From NCBI RefSeq assembly GCF_032116555.1, contig NZ_CP134949.1, positions 868,001-932,000 on the forward strand: 64,000 bases of DNA. The letters run 5' to 3'. Both the position numbers and the translations under genes were made by a program. The notes below the pieces were generated by a model that was given only the letters and a program-made list of their open reading frames with translations, was not told the DNA's origin and made no database searches. Below are positions 10,261-19,363 of the stretch, piece by piece. Each line of letters begins with the position of its first letter. The stretch's first letter is position 1. Origin of the DNA: Halorarum halobium (GTDB taxonomy: Archaea; Halobacteriota; Halobacteria; Halobacteriales; Haloferacaceae).

Positions 10261-10629
10261 ATGGACGCCGCGTACGTGTTCCGGGTCCGGTTCACCCTCT
10301 CGCCGCGGGAGGTCAGGCTCGACCCCGACGAGTTCGAGACGACCGCGCGGGTGCCCGCGCCGACGCCGGGCGAGGACGGCTGGCTGCTGTTCCGGGACGC
10401 GCTCTGGCGGGGCGAGGCGAACGATTCGAGCCACGTGCGGGACCTGCTGGCCGAACGGCTGCCGGCCGGCGTGACGGTGCTGTCGGCGACGTTCAGCGAG
10501 TTCGAGACCGACGAGGCGTACCTGGCCGCGCTGGAGAAGGAGATCGCCCGGAACCTGACGGCGTTCAGGGCCGATTCGGCCGGCGAGGCGAAACACAAGT
10601 ACTTCGGCTCCTCGATCCGGGTCCGGTGA
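10261..10629 (+). CDS. lwrS: LWR-salt family protein
   Basis: MDAAYVFRVRF...PGEDGWLLFRDALWRGE...KYFGSSIRV; follows the PCD gene. Confidence 0.8.
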   Translation: MDAAYVFRVRFTLSPREVRLDPDEFETTARVPAPTPGEDGWLLFRDALWRGEANDSSHVRDLLAERLPAGVTVLSATFSEFETDEAYLAALEKEIARNLTAFRADSAGEAKHKYFGSSIRVR

Positions 10630-10709
10630 TTCGGCGGCGTCGGCCGGTCGCCGGCAACTCACCGACCGCGGGAGACGGCCCCGCTCGCCGCTCCGGGGCT
10701 GTGACTTCC

Positions 10710-10845
10710 GCGGTTCGTCTCGCTTCGCTCGCCTGCCTCGTTCTCGCTCACTCATACCCTGCTTATCCCTCGTTCGTCCCTCGCTCGTTCCTCACGCGCG
10801 TCCGCTCGCCCTTCGGGCTCGCCGTCACGCGCGCCGACCGCACGG
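10710..10845. repeat. Degenerate family A element, pyrimidine-rich strand
   Basis: CGCGCGTCCGCTCGCCCTTCGGGCTCGCCGTCACGCGC resembles the reverse complement of about 37332-37372; CGCTCG-rich tract. Confidence 0.6.
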
Positions 10846-10968
10846 GGACGACGCGTGCCGGGGCGTGGACGACGGTCACCCCACCCGGCGGCGGACCCGA
10901 TAGTGACCGATTTCGAGCGTATGAGCACTGTTAACAAAAGGTGATGAGCGCGTGCGTTCTACCGGACA

Positions 10969-11970
10969 ATGATCATCCAGAGCACGTCGCTCCCGCTGCA
11001 AGTCGCGATCCGCGAGACGATCAATCGGACGATCGCGGAGGTGGTCGCGTACCTGCCGACGATCGTCGGCGCGCTGCTGATCCTCGTCGTCGGCTACGTC
11101 GTCGGCCGGATCCTGGGCGGGCTCGTGGCGCGGATCGTTCGACGGATCGGCATCGACCGGTACACGACCGGGACGGCCGTCGAGGACGTCGGTAGCGGCG
11201 ACGACGTCGCCCGGACGCTCGGGAAGGTCGTCGCCTACTACGTCTACTTCGTCGCCATCGTCGCCGCCGCGGACGTGTTGAACATCGACCTCCTCACGGA
11301 CCTGCTGGTCGAGCTCGGAGCGTACCTGCCGGTGATCCTCGGGGCGCTCGTCGTCCTCCTCGTCGGGTTCATCATCGGGCGGATCGTCGGCGACATCGTC
11401 GCCGGAATCGTCGGCAGCTTCGGCGTCGGCCCGTACCTCCGGGAGACGCCCCTGGAGTCGCTCGGCGACACCGAGGGCGAGTTCGGCCGGATCGTCGGGA
11501 AACTGGTCACCTACTACGTCTACCTGTTGACGCTGCTGGCGGTCGCGGACATCCTCCGGATCGACTCGCTCTCGATGGTGCTCAACGAGTTTGCCGACTA
11601 CCTCCCCGCGCTGTTCGGCGGGCTGCTCGTGTTGCTGGTCGGCATCTGGGCGGCCGAACGGATCGGCGGGCTGGTCGACGACATCGACGACGGCCGGGCG
11701 ATCCACGTCGCCAGCCTCGCCGTGAAGGTACTCGTCTACTACATCACGGTCACCGTCGCGCTGGGCGCGATCGGCTTCACCATCGCTCCGCTCACCAGCC
11801 TGTTCACGACGTTCATCGTCGCGTTCTTCGGCGCGCTGGCGCTTGCGCTTGCGCTCGGCATCGGGCTCGCGGTCGGGCTCGGCGGGCAGGACTACGTCGC
11901 CGAGAACATCGACGGCTGGGTCGAGTCGGCCAGGGAGACGGCCGGCAGCGAGGACATCACCGACAGGTGA
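10969..11970 (+). CDS. Membrane protein of repeated conserved TM-helix units (CmpX/MscS N-terminal-like)
   Basis: Three repeats of YLPxxxGAL(L/V)xLxVGxxxGR; C-terminal GLAVGLGGQD. Confidence 0.82.
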   Translation: MIIQSTSLPLQVAIRETINRTIAEVVAYLPTIVGALLILVVGYVVGRILGGLVARIVRRIGIDRYTTGTAVEDVGSGDDVARTLGKVVAYYVYFVAIVAAADVLNIDLLTDLLVELGAYLPVILGALVVLLVGFIIGRIVGDIVAGIVGSFGVGPYLRETPLESLGDTEGEFGRIVGKLVTYYVYLLTLLAVADILRIDSLSMVLNEFADYLPALFGGLLVLLVGIWAAERIGGLVDDIDDGRAIHVASLAVKVLVYYITVTVALGAIGFTIAPLTSLFTTFIVAFFGALALALALGIGLAVGLGGQDYVAENIDGWVESARETAGSEDITDR

Positions 11971-12158
11971 CTCCGTCGCCCGGGAATCCGCGAGGCTGAT
12001 CGGTTCGGCCGGCGGTCGGGCTCCACACCGGCCTCCTCCGATCGAACGGACGCCGTCGATTCGACCCGCGCTGGCCGTGACCTGATCCCCGAAAGAATCA
12101 ACGCCGAGAGTGTCACGGCAAGACACTTAACGGAGAACGCCCTACCAATCCTCCCCAG

Positions 12159-12881
12159 ATGGTCCCCGACGCCTACGACTTCTGGCTGTTCGACCTCGAC
12201 GGCACCGTGGTCGACGCCGACTGGGCGTACACCCGCGAGGTGTTCGACCGGGTCGGCGACCGCCTCGGCCGCGAGTTCACCGACCGGCAGGCAGAGGTGC
12301 TCTGGCACGGCCTGGAGGGCTCGCGCGACCCGAAGCTCCGCGAGTGGGGCATCGACCCCGCGGAGTTCTGGCCGGCGTTCCACGCCGTCGAGGACCCGGG
12401 AACGCGCGCCGAGGCGTCCTACGTCCACGAGGACGCCGCGCGCCTGCTCTCGTCGCTCCACGAGCGCGAGGTCCCGGTCGGCGTCGTCACCCACTGTGCC
12501 GAGTTCCTCGCGGACCCGGTCGTCGAGCACCTCGACCTGACCGACTGGTTCGACGTGTTCCTCTGCTGCTCGGAGGAGACCGGCTGGAAGCCCGACCCGA
12601 CGCCCGTCACGAACGCGATGGACGCGCTCGGCGTCGACGCGGCCGTCCAGCGGGGCGTGTTGCTCGGCGACGGCGCGAGCGACGTGGGCGCGGCCTGGAA
12701 CGCCGGCCTCGACGCGGTCCACGTCGAGCGACACGGCTACGGCGAACGCGGCCGCTGCGTCCGCGCGGACTACCGCGTGCGCTCCTTCGACGACCTCCCG
12801 CGCGGGAGCGACGCGGACCCGGACCTCGGCGTCGACTCCGCCGGCACGGGCGGCGTCGAGGTCGGCGACCTCGGCTCCTGA
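12159..12881 (+). CDS. HAD-superfamily hydrolase
   Basis: FDLDGTVVD, VVTH, KPDP, GDGASD motifs I-IV. Confidence 0.9.
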   Translation: MVPDAYDFWLFDLDGTVVDADWAYTREVFDRVGDRLGREFTDRQAEVLWHGLEGSRDPKLREWGIDPAEFWPAFHAVEDPGTRAEASYVHEDAARLLSSLHEREVPVGVVTHCAEFLADPVVEHLDLTDWFDVFLCCSEETGWKPDPTPVTNAMDALGVDAAVQRGVLLGDGASDVGAAWNAGLDAVHVERHGYGERGRCVRADYRVRSFDDLPRGSDADPDLGVDSAGTGGVEVGDLGS

Positions 12882-12911
12882 GCGCCGAGCGCGGGTGGCT
12901 CGGGGCGCGTC

Positions 12912-13862
12912 TCACTCGAACGTCGGGTGTGGCTCGTACGACTCGCCGACCGCGAACGAGATCGCCCGTTCCCGCGTCTCGATCGACAGTCGGTCGTGCT
13001 CGACCATCTCGCCGTCGAGCGAGAACTGCCGGGGCTCGGTCGCGTCGACGAGCACCGACGGCACCGTCAGCCTGGTGAGCCGCGAGTCGCCCCCGCGGAA
13101 GAAGCGGTCGACCGCACCGCTCGCCAGATAGTCGATGGCGGGCGCCCGCTCGACGACGAGCAGGTCGAGCTTCCCGTCCTCCATGTCGGCCTGCCGGCCC
13201 GGAAACCGCCGGGCGTTCCCGACCAGCAGGACCAGCGCCTCGCCCGACCAGACCGGGTCCGCCTCCGGGCCGGCGCGGATGTCCAGTTTCAGCCCCTCGA
13301 AGTCGCGCGTGTGCTGGAGCGTCGTCAGGACGTACGCCAGCGTGCCGACCCGCTTTTTCAGCTCCGACTCGGTCCTCGCGCTCGCCTCCGCCGTCAGCCC
13401 GCAGACGCACGAGTTGAGGAACGGGCGGCCCGTCGTCCCTTCCGGGCTCAGCACGCTGTTCCCCGGCGTGTCGGGGCCGTCGCCGAGCGACTCGACGACG
13501 CCCAGGTCGAGCCGTCGGACCTCGCCCCCGTCCAGCACCTCGAAGGCGTGTTCCACGCCCCGGATGCCGACGTTATCGGCGAAGCCGTTTCCCGTGCCCG
13601 CCGGCACGACGCCCAGCGTCACGTCGTCCAGCCGACTCGCCTCCTGGACGCCGCGAACGACGCCGTTGAGCGTGCCGTCGCCGCCGCAGGCGACGACCCG
13701 GTCGGCGCCCGATTCGGCCGCCTCGCGTGCGAGCGCGACCTCGTCGCCCGACTCCGAGGTGTTCCGGATCTCGTAGCCGCGTTCCTCGGCGAGGGCTGCC
13801 GCCTGCACGCTCGCCGCCTGATCGCCGCTTTCGGGGTTTCGAACGAGGACCGACCGCTGCAT
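12912..13862 (-). CDS. Diacylglycerol/lipid kinase family protein (YegS/BmrU-like)
   Basis: NPESG, GGDGTLN, PAGTGNGFA, LDGE; start moved to ATG 13862. Confidence 0.9.
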   Translation of the reverse strand: MQRSVLVRNPESGDQAASVQAAALAEERGYEIRNTSESGDEVALAREAAESGADRVVACGGDGTLNGVVRGVQEASRLDDVTLGVVPAGTGNGFADNVGIRGVEHAFEVLDGGEVRRLDLGVVESLGDGPDTPGNSVLSPEGTTGRPFLNSCVCGLTAEASARTESELKKRVGTLAYVLTTLQHTRDFEGLKLDIRAGPEADPVWSGEALVLLVGNARRFPGRQADMEDGKLDLLVVERAPAIDYLASGAVDRFFRGGDSRLTRLTVPSVLVDATEPRQFSLDGEMVEHDRLSIETRERAISFAVGESYEPHPTFE

Positions 13863-13914
13863 ACGGACGCATCGGCCCACAACTGCAAAGCCGTACCGCC
13901 GCCTCCTAGCATCC

Positions 13915-14583
13915 GTGCCCGAGTTCGCCGTCGACCTGCACAACCACAGCCGGTTCTTCCACGGCTTCGTCGGTCGGCCGACCCCGTACGACCCGGTCGG
14001 GCTCCGACTGCACGCGCTCGTCGCCCGCCGTCGGGGGCTCGACGCGCTCACGGTGACGAACCACGACTACGCGTACGTGGGCGACGCGGACCTGCCCATT
14101 CTGCCGGGCATCGAGGTGTCGACGACCCGGGGGCACGTCCTCGTCGTCGGCCCGGACCCTCCCCGGCGGACGACGCCGGGCGAGTTGACGCCCGCGGAGG
14201 CCGTCGACCGCGCCCACGAGCGCGGCTGTGCGGCCATCGTCGCGCACCCGTTCCGGAACGGCTCCGTCCGGGAGTCGGACGCCGACTTCGACGCCGTCGA
14301 ACTGAACGGAAAGAACCCGGAACACGACGCGCGGACGCTCCAGTTCGCCGACCGGCGGGGGCTCCCCGTCGTCGGCGGCAGCGACGCCCACTACCCGTTC
14401 GAGGTCGGGCGGGCCTACACGACCGTCGAGGCCGACAGCCTCGGGCCCCGCGACGTCGCCGACGCCATCCGCGCCGGCGACGTCTCCTCCGTCTCGAACC
14501 TCGGCCGGCTCCACCGGCTGCTCGACCGGGGGTACAGCGTCGTCCACGGGGGGCGGCGGTGGCTCCGGTCGCGGGCGGAATAG
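13915..14583 (+). CDS. PHP-domain metal-dependent phosphoesterase
   Basis: DLHNHS, TNHD, GIEVS, AHP, GGSDAH. Confidence 0.88.
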   Translation: MPEFAVDLHNHSRFFHGFVGRPTPYDPVGLRLHALVARRRGLDALTVTNHDYAYVGDADLPILPGIEVSTTRGHVLVVGPDPPRRTTPGELTPAEAVDRAHERGCAAIVAHPFRNGSVRESDADFDAVELNGKNPEHDARTLQFADRRGLPVVGGSDAHYPFEVGRAYTTVEADSLGPRDVADAIRAGDVSSVSNLGRLHRLLDRGYSVVHGGRRWLRSRAE

Positions 14584-14611
14584 GTTGCGTGCGCGCCGCT
14601 CGGCGGGACGG

Positions 14612-15025
14612 CTATCCCAGTCGCTCGTCGAGAATCAGCCGCGTCTTCGTCCCCTCGACCTCCGGCAGTTCGCGCGCCCGGCTGATGAGTTCGTTCACCG
14701 CCCGGGTGTCGACACAGTCCACGATGAGGACGATGTCCTCCTCGCCCGACACCTGCCAGACGAAGTCGACCTCCTCCCACTCGGCGAGCGTCGACGACAC
14801 CTCGCTCGTGTCCACGTTCATGTCGACGCTCGTCTCGACCATCGCCTTCACGTTCCCCGTCCGCGTGGTGACGGTGAAGCGCTCGATGATGCCGTCCTCG
14901 CTCATCCGATCGACCCGGTTGCGAACCGTTCCCTCGCTGGTGCCCACGCGGTCGGCGATCTCGGTGTAGGGCGTTCGCGCGTCCCGTCGGAGGACGTTCA
15001 GGATGGCCCGGTCGAGGTCGTCCAT
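14612..15025 (-). CDS. Lrp/AsnC family transcriptional regulator, divergent from carA
   Basis: DDLDRAIL...DARTPYTEIA...SEGTVRNRV HTH; VSGEEDIV RAM domain. Confidence 0.92.
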   Translation of the reverse strand: MDDLDRAILNVLRRDARTPYTEIADRVGTSEGTVRNRVDRMSEDGIIERFTVTTRTGNVKAMVETSVDMNVDTSEVSSTLAEWEEVDFVWQVSGEEDIVLIVDCVDTRAVNELISRARELPEVEGTKTRLILDERLG

Positions 15026-15122
15026 ACACGCCCGTGAGGCCGGGACGCCTTACCGATTTCGAATTTCGTAACTCAGCTTCGAACGACGCACTTATTGCGG
15101 TGGCATCCATGCGTATCTCGTA

Positions 15123-16187
15123 ATGGCGGACGCCTACGTCGCGCTGGCGGACGGCCGCGTGTTCGACGCACGCTGCCGCTCGCCCGGCCGCACACGTGGT
15201 GAACTGGTGTTCACGACCGCGTACACGGGGTACGAGGAGTCGTTGACGGACCCCTCCTACGAGGAGCAGGTCCTCACGTTCTCCTACCCCCTGATCGGCA
15301 ACTACGGCGTCCGAGACGAGCGATTCGAGTCCGACCGCGTCCACCCCAACGCCGCGGTCGCACACGAACTGACCGAGGACGTGGCCGAGTGGCTCGACGG
15401 CGAGGACGTTCCCGCGGTCGACCACCTCGACACGCGCGAACTCGTCACGTCCGTCCGGGAGGAGGGCGCGATGAAGTGTGGCATCGCCGCCGGCCCGGAC
15501 GCGACCCCCGAGGCCGCCCGCGAGGAGCTCGCGGCGTGCAAGGGGATGAGCGACCACGTCGACATCGGCGCGCAGGTCTCGACGACCGAGGCGTACACGG
15601 TGTCGGGCGGGGGCGAGTACGACGTCGCCCTCGTGGACTGTGGCGCGAAGGGCTCCATCGCCGCCTCGCTCGCCGAGCGCGGCGCGGACGTCCACGTCCT
15701 CCCGTACGACGTGGACGCGGCGACGGTGGCCGACCTGGACCCGGACGTGCTGTTCGTCTCGAACGGGCCGGGCGACCCGGCGAACTTCGAGGCAACGCAG
15801 GCGCTCGTCGGGGCGTTCGCGGGCGAACTTCCGCTGGCGGGCATCTGTCTCGGCCAGCAGATCGTCGCCCGCGCGTTCGGCGGCGAGACGGAGAAGATGG
15901 CGTTCGGCCACCGCGGCGTCAACCAGCCGGTGCGCGACCTCGAGTCGGGCAAGGTCGTGATGACGACCCAGAACCACGGCTACTCGGTCGCCGACCCCGG
16001 CTCGCTCGACGTGACGCAGGTGAACGTGAACGACGACACCGCCGAGGGGCTCGCCAGCGACCAGCACGACGTCGTCACCCGGCAGTACCACCCCGAGGCG
16101 AACCCCGGCCCGCACGACTCGCTCGGCTTCTTCGACGAGGTGCTCGAACTCGCCGGACGAACGCGCTCGCCCGTCGCCGCGGATTAG
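15123..16187 (+). CDS. carA: Carbamoyl-phosphate synthase small subunit
   Basis: GELVFTTAYTGYEESLTDPSY, SNGPGDP, GICLGQQ, FGHRG, QNHG, QYHPEA. Confidence 0.96.
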   Translation: MADAYVALADGRVFDARCRSPGRTRGELVFTTAYTGYEESLTDPSYEEQVLTFSYPLIGNYGVRDERFESDRVHPNAAVAHELTEDVAEWLDGEDVPAVDHLDTRELVTSVREEGAMKCGIAAGPDATPEAAREELAACKGMSDHVDIGAQVSTTEAYTVSGGGEYDVALVDCGAKGSIAASLAERGADVHVLPYDVDAATVADLDPDVLFVSNGPGDPANFEATQALVGAFAGELPLAGICLGQQIVARAFGGETEKMAFGHRGVNQPVRDLESGKVVMTTQNHGYSVADPGSLDVTQVNVNDDTAEGLASDQHDVVTRQYHPEANPGPHDSLGFFDEVLELAGRTRSPVAAD

Positions 16188-16204
16188 ACCGCTACCTCTC
16201 GCAC

Positions 16205-16404
16205 GAACCTCTTTTGCGGGGGTCCTCCTCACGCGGGCCGGCTCTGCCGGCCCACGTTCGTCGAACCCCCGCAAAACCCGTTCATGCTGTGGGATTCCTG
16301 TGGAATCCCACTGCTGACGGGAAATCTTCGATTTCCCGTAATGCCAAAATGCCGCGAGCAGCGGTCGGCGCGGCGAAGCCGCGCCTCCCTCGCTCGCGGT
16401 ACTG
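16205..16404. repeat. Family B ~200-nt multi-hairpin element, copy 1
   Basis: Aligns end to end with 43351-43549; TTTTGCGGGGG (16212-16222) pairs with CCCCCGCAAAA (16266-16276); four further hairpins. Confidence 0.88.
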
Positions 16405-16440
16405 ATACTGGTGGGACCGTACCGCCGAGAGTTCCGGTCT

Positions 16441-16902
16441 CTACTCCCCCGCGTCGTGGAACTCCGCGAGCACGTCCTCGGGAACCGGATTCAGGTAATC
16501 CACGGATTCGTCAGCGCACAGCTGCTCGAAATCCCGGTCGGTCGTGAGGAGCGCGTCGGCGTCGGCCTCGCGTGCGAGCGAGAGGTAGAAGCAGTCGAAG
16601 ACGTCGTGATTCTTCTCGGCGCTGATTTCGTACGCGTCCAGCAGCGTGTCGTCGTCTGCGTCGACGAACTCCATCGGGTACCCGAGCATCGACGAGACGG
16701 CGTTTCGCGCGTCCACCGTGTCGAAGCCGAGGTCCTGGAGGATCCACTGCACCCGGAGGGGGAGGTAACCGAACACCAGCAGCGTGTCCTCACCGGCGAG
16801 CGCCGGGACGAGTTCCTCCGCGACGTACGGGTGTCCCGGATGGTCGTCCACGAGTTGAATCGCGAGCGTGTTCACGTCCGCGAGGAGCCGACGACCCGTC
16901 AT
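16441..16902 (-). CDS. PIN-domain (VapC-like) toxin
   Basis: LLADVN, DVFDCFY, LLTTDRDF acidic PIN residues; ATGA-coupled to the upstream AbrB gene. Confidence 0.88.
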   Translation of the reverse strand: MTGRRLLADVNTLAIQLVDDHPGHPYVAEELVPALAGEDTLLVFGYLPLRVQWILQDLGFDTVDARNAVSSMLGYPMEFVDADDDTLLDAYEISAEKNHDVFDCFYLSLAREADADALLTTDRDFEQLCADESVDYLNPVPEDVLAEFHDAGE

Positions 16903-17159
16903 CGTCGATCGCCGAACGTCGCCTCGCCCGCGTCACGGAACGCCTCCTCGCCCCAGTCCTCCCCACGGGAGAGCGTCTCCAGTTCCGGCAACCTGCGGAC
17001 GAGTCGGATGTCCCCGCCCTCGCGGACGACCGTGAACTCGGTTCCGTCGTCGAGGTTGAGTTCGTCTCGCAGCCGCTTGGGAATCGTCAGCCTCCCCCGG
17101 TGGTTGAGTTCTGCGGTCCCGTACGTCTCCTCACCGTCACCGTCGTCGGTCGAACTCAT
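16899..17159 (-). CDS. AbrB/MazE/SpoVT-family antitoxin
   Basis: RGRLTIPKRLRDELNLDDG swapped-hairpin signature. Confidence 0.88.
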   Translation of the reverse strand: MSSTDDGDGEETYGTAELNHRGRLTIPKRLRDELNLDDGTEFTVVREGGDIRLVRRLPELETLSRGEDWGEEAFRDAGEATFGDRR

Positions 17160-17295
17160 AAAATCACCTCAATCTCCTCGTACTTTCTCCATCACCCTAA
17201 AATATGGGGGTGGTTTTCATCTGACTTCCATTCAACAATGATACAAAAACGCCCTTCCGGGAACGTTCATGGGTCGTGGTGGCATAGGACAGTCC

Positions 17296-19095
17296 ATGGC
17301 AGACGCCTTCCACGAAGCGGTCCCGCTGGCGGAGCTACAGGAGGACGGCCACGCGCTGATGCAGGCTGAGGGCACGCCCATCGCGCTGTTCCACCACGAG
17401 GGCGAGGTTCGCGCGGTCAACAACCGCTGTCCCCACATGGGCTTCCCGCTCACCGAGGGGAGCGTCGACGAGGGCGTGCTGACGTGCCACTGGCACCACG
17501 CGCGCTTCGAACTCTCCTGCGGGGACACGTTCGACCCCTGGGCCGACGACGTCGACACGTACCCGACCGAGGTGCGCGACGGCGTGGTGTACGTCAACCC
17601 GGAGCCGAGGCGGTCGGAGCCGCCGGGCGTCCACTGGCGCGACCGACTCGACGACGGCCTCGAGCAGAACCTGAGCCTCGTGCTCGCCAAGTCCGCCGTC
17701 GCGCTCCAGGACGCGGGCGTCGACCCGACAGAGACCGTCGAGACCGGCGTGCTGTTCGGGACGCGCTACCGCGAGGGCGGGTGGTCCTCGGGGCTCACCA
17801 TCCTCGTCGCGCTCGCCAACCGGCTGGACGACCTCGAAGACGAGGACCGCAAGCGGGCGCTGTTCCAGGGGCTGACCGAGGTCGCGAGCGACTGTGCCGA
17901 CCAGCCGCCGAAGTTCGACCAGGACGAGTTCGAGGCGAGCGACGTCCCCTTCGAGCGCCTGAAGTCCTGGTTCCGCGAGAACGTCGAGGTCCGGGACGCC
18001 GACGGCGCCGAGCACGTCCTCCGCACGGCGGTCGCGTCGGGCCGTGGGGAGGACCGGCTCACCGAACTGCTCGTCTCGGCCGCGACCGACCACCGCTACC
18101 TGAACACCGGCCACACGTTCGACTTCCTCAACAAGGCGACCGAGGCGCTCGACCTGATCGGCTGGGACCACGAGCACGCCGCCGACCTGCTCGCCTCGCT
18201 GGTCCGTGGGCTCGCGACCGCCGACCGGGCCGAGGAGCGCTCCTCGTGGCGACAGCCGGCCGACCTCGCGGCGATGTGCGCGGACAGCTTCGACCGGCTC
18301 GACGACATGGTCGCCGCGGGCGAGGGCGAGACGTGGGCAAAGCCCGACGACCTCACCGACCGCCTCCACTCCGAGGACCCCGAGGTCGTCTTCGACGCGC
18401 TCGACGACGCCGTCCGTGGAGGGGCCGCCGTCGAGGAGCTCGCGGCGGCCGTCACCCACGCCGCCGGCAAGCGCGTCGCGCAGTTCTCGACGGGCAACGA
18501 GTTCTCGGACTGGAACACGGTCCATCACACGTTCACGTACGCGAACGCGGTCCACCGAGCGGCCGGGCGCACGGACGCGACGGAGCTGTACCGCGGGGTG
18601 TACGACGCGGCGGTCAACGTGTTCCTCGACCGCTTCCTCAACATGCCGCCCGCGCCCCAGCCGTCCGTCGAGGCCGACGCCGAGCCCGCGGAGGCGCTCG
18701 ACCAGCTGCTCCTCTGTTTCGAGCAGCAGGGCGAGGTGAACGCCGCGGGCGCCCACGCCGCCCACTTCCTCGACGGCGGCGGCGACCCGGCCGAGTTGAA
18801 GGCCGAACTCGGGCACGCGCTCCTCCGGGAGGACGCCGGGTTCCACACGTTCCAGGCGTACGAGGCGGCGTGTCGGCAGTTCGACGTCCGGTACGGAGGT
18901 GACGACGATGAAGCGCTCTCGCCCGGGGCCCGGGACATGCTCGTCGCCGCCGCGCGCTACATGGCCGCCCACTTCCCGACCCGGCGCGAGCGCGAGCAGA
19001 CGTTCAGCATCGCCGCCCGCCTGCTGCGCGGCGAGAGACTCCACGGCGAGGAGTCCGACGCCGACCCGGACGTGGAGGTCACCGCCGACGACTAG
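17296..19095 (+). CDS. Rieske [2Fe-2S] domain fused to a large His-rich helical domain of unknown function
   Basis: NRCPHMGFPL...TCHWHHARF Rieske ligands; C-terminal TGHTFDF, WNTVHHTFTYANA, EDAGFH. Confidence 0.85.
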   Translation: MADAFHEAVPLAELQEDGHALMQAEGTPIALFHHEGEVRAVNNRCPHMGFPLTEGSVDEGVLTCHWHHARFELSCGDTFDPWADDVDTYPTEVRDGVVYVNPEPRRSEPPGVHWRDRLDDGLEQNLSLVLAKSAVALQDAGVDPTETVETGVLFGTRYREGGWSSGLTILVALANRLDDLEDEDRKRALFQGLTEVASDCADQPPKFDQDEFEASDVPFERLKSWFRENVEVRDADGAEHVLRTAVASGRGEDRLTELLVSAATDHRYLNTGHTFDFLNKATEALDLIGWDHEHAADLLASLVRGLATADRAEERSSWRQPADLAAMCADSFDRLDDMVAAGEGETWAKPDDLTDRLHSEDPEVVFDALDDAVRGGAAVEELAAAVTHAAGKRVAQFSTGNEFSDWNTVHHTFTYANAVHRAAGRTDATELYRGVYDAAVNVFLDRFLNMPPAPQPSVEADAEPAEALDQLLLCFEQQGEVNAAGAHAAHFLDGGGDPAELKAELGHALLREDAGFHTFQAYEAACRQFDVRYGGDDDEALSPGARDMLVAAARYMAAHFPTRREREQTFSIAARLLRGERLHGEESDADPDVEVTADD

Positions 19096-19363
19096 GGCTG
19101 CGGCTTCGATCCGGTCCGATTCTCCGTGTCGACGCTTTCTGATGTGAGTCGTTTCGGCTAGACGGCCCGGAACCCCCGGCTTCTCGGCTCGGTGCGGCAG
19201 GACAACCGAACGGACACTGAAAACGAGCGCAGCGGGGGCGTTCGTGGCGGTCGAAGCGACGACCAAACCAGCCCTGAAACCGCGTTCCAGGAACGTTCGA
19301 CGACGCTACCTCACCCGAAACATCGTCGAGGACGACCGACAGCAAACAGCTCCGAACGGGAAA

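Noticed and set aside
13420..13495. Loop insertion in the lipid kinase as another twin-hairpin copy
   Set aside because: The hairpin-GACGG-hairpin layout was not found there.
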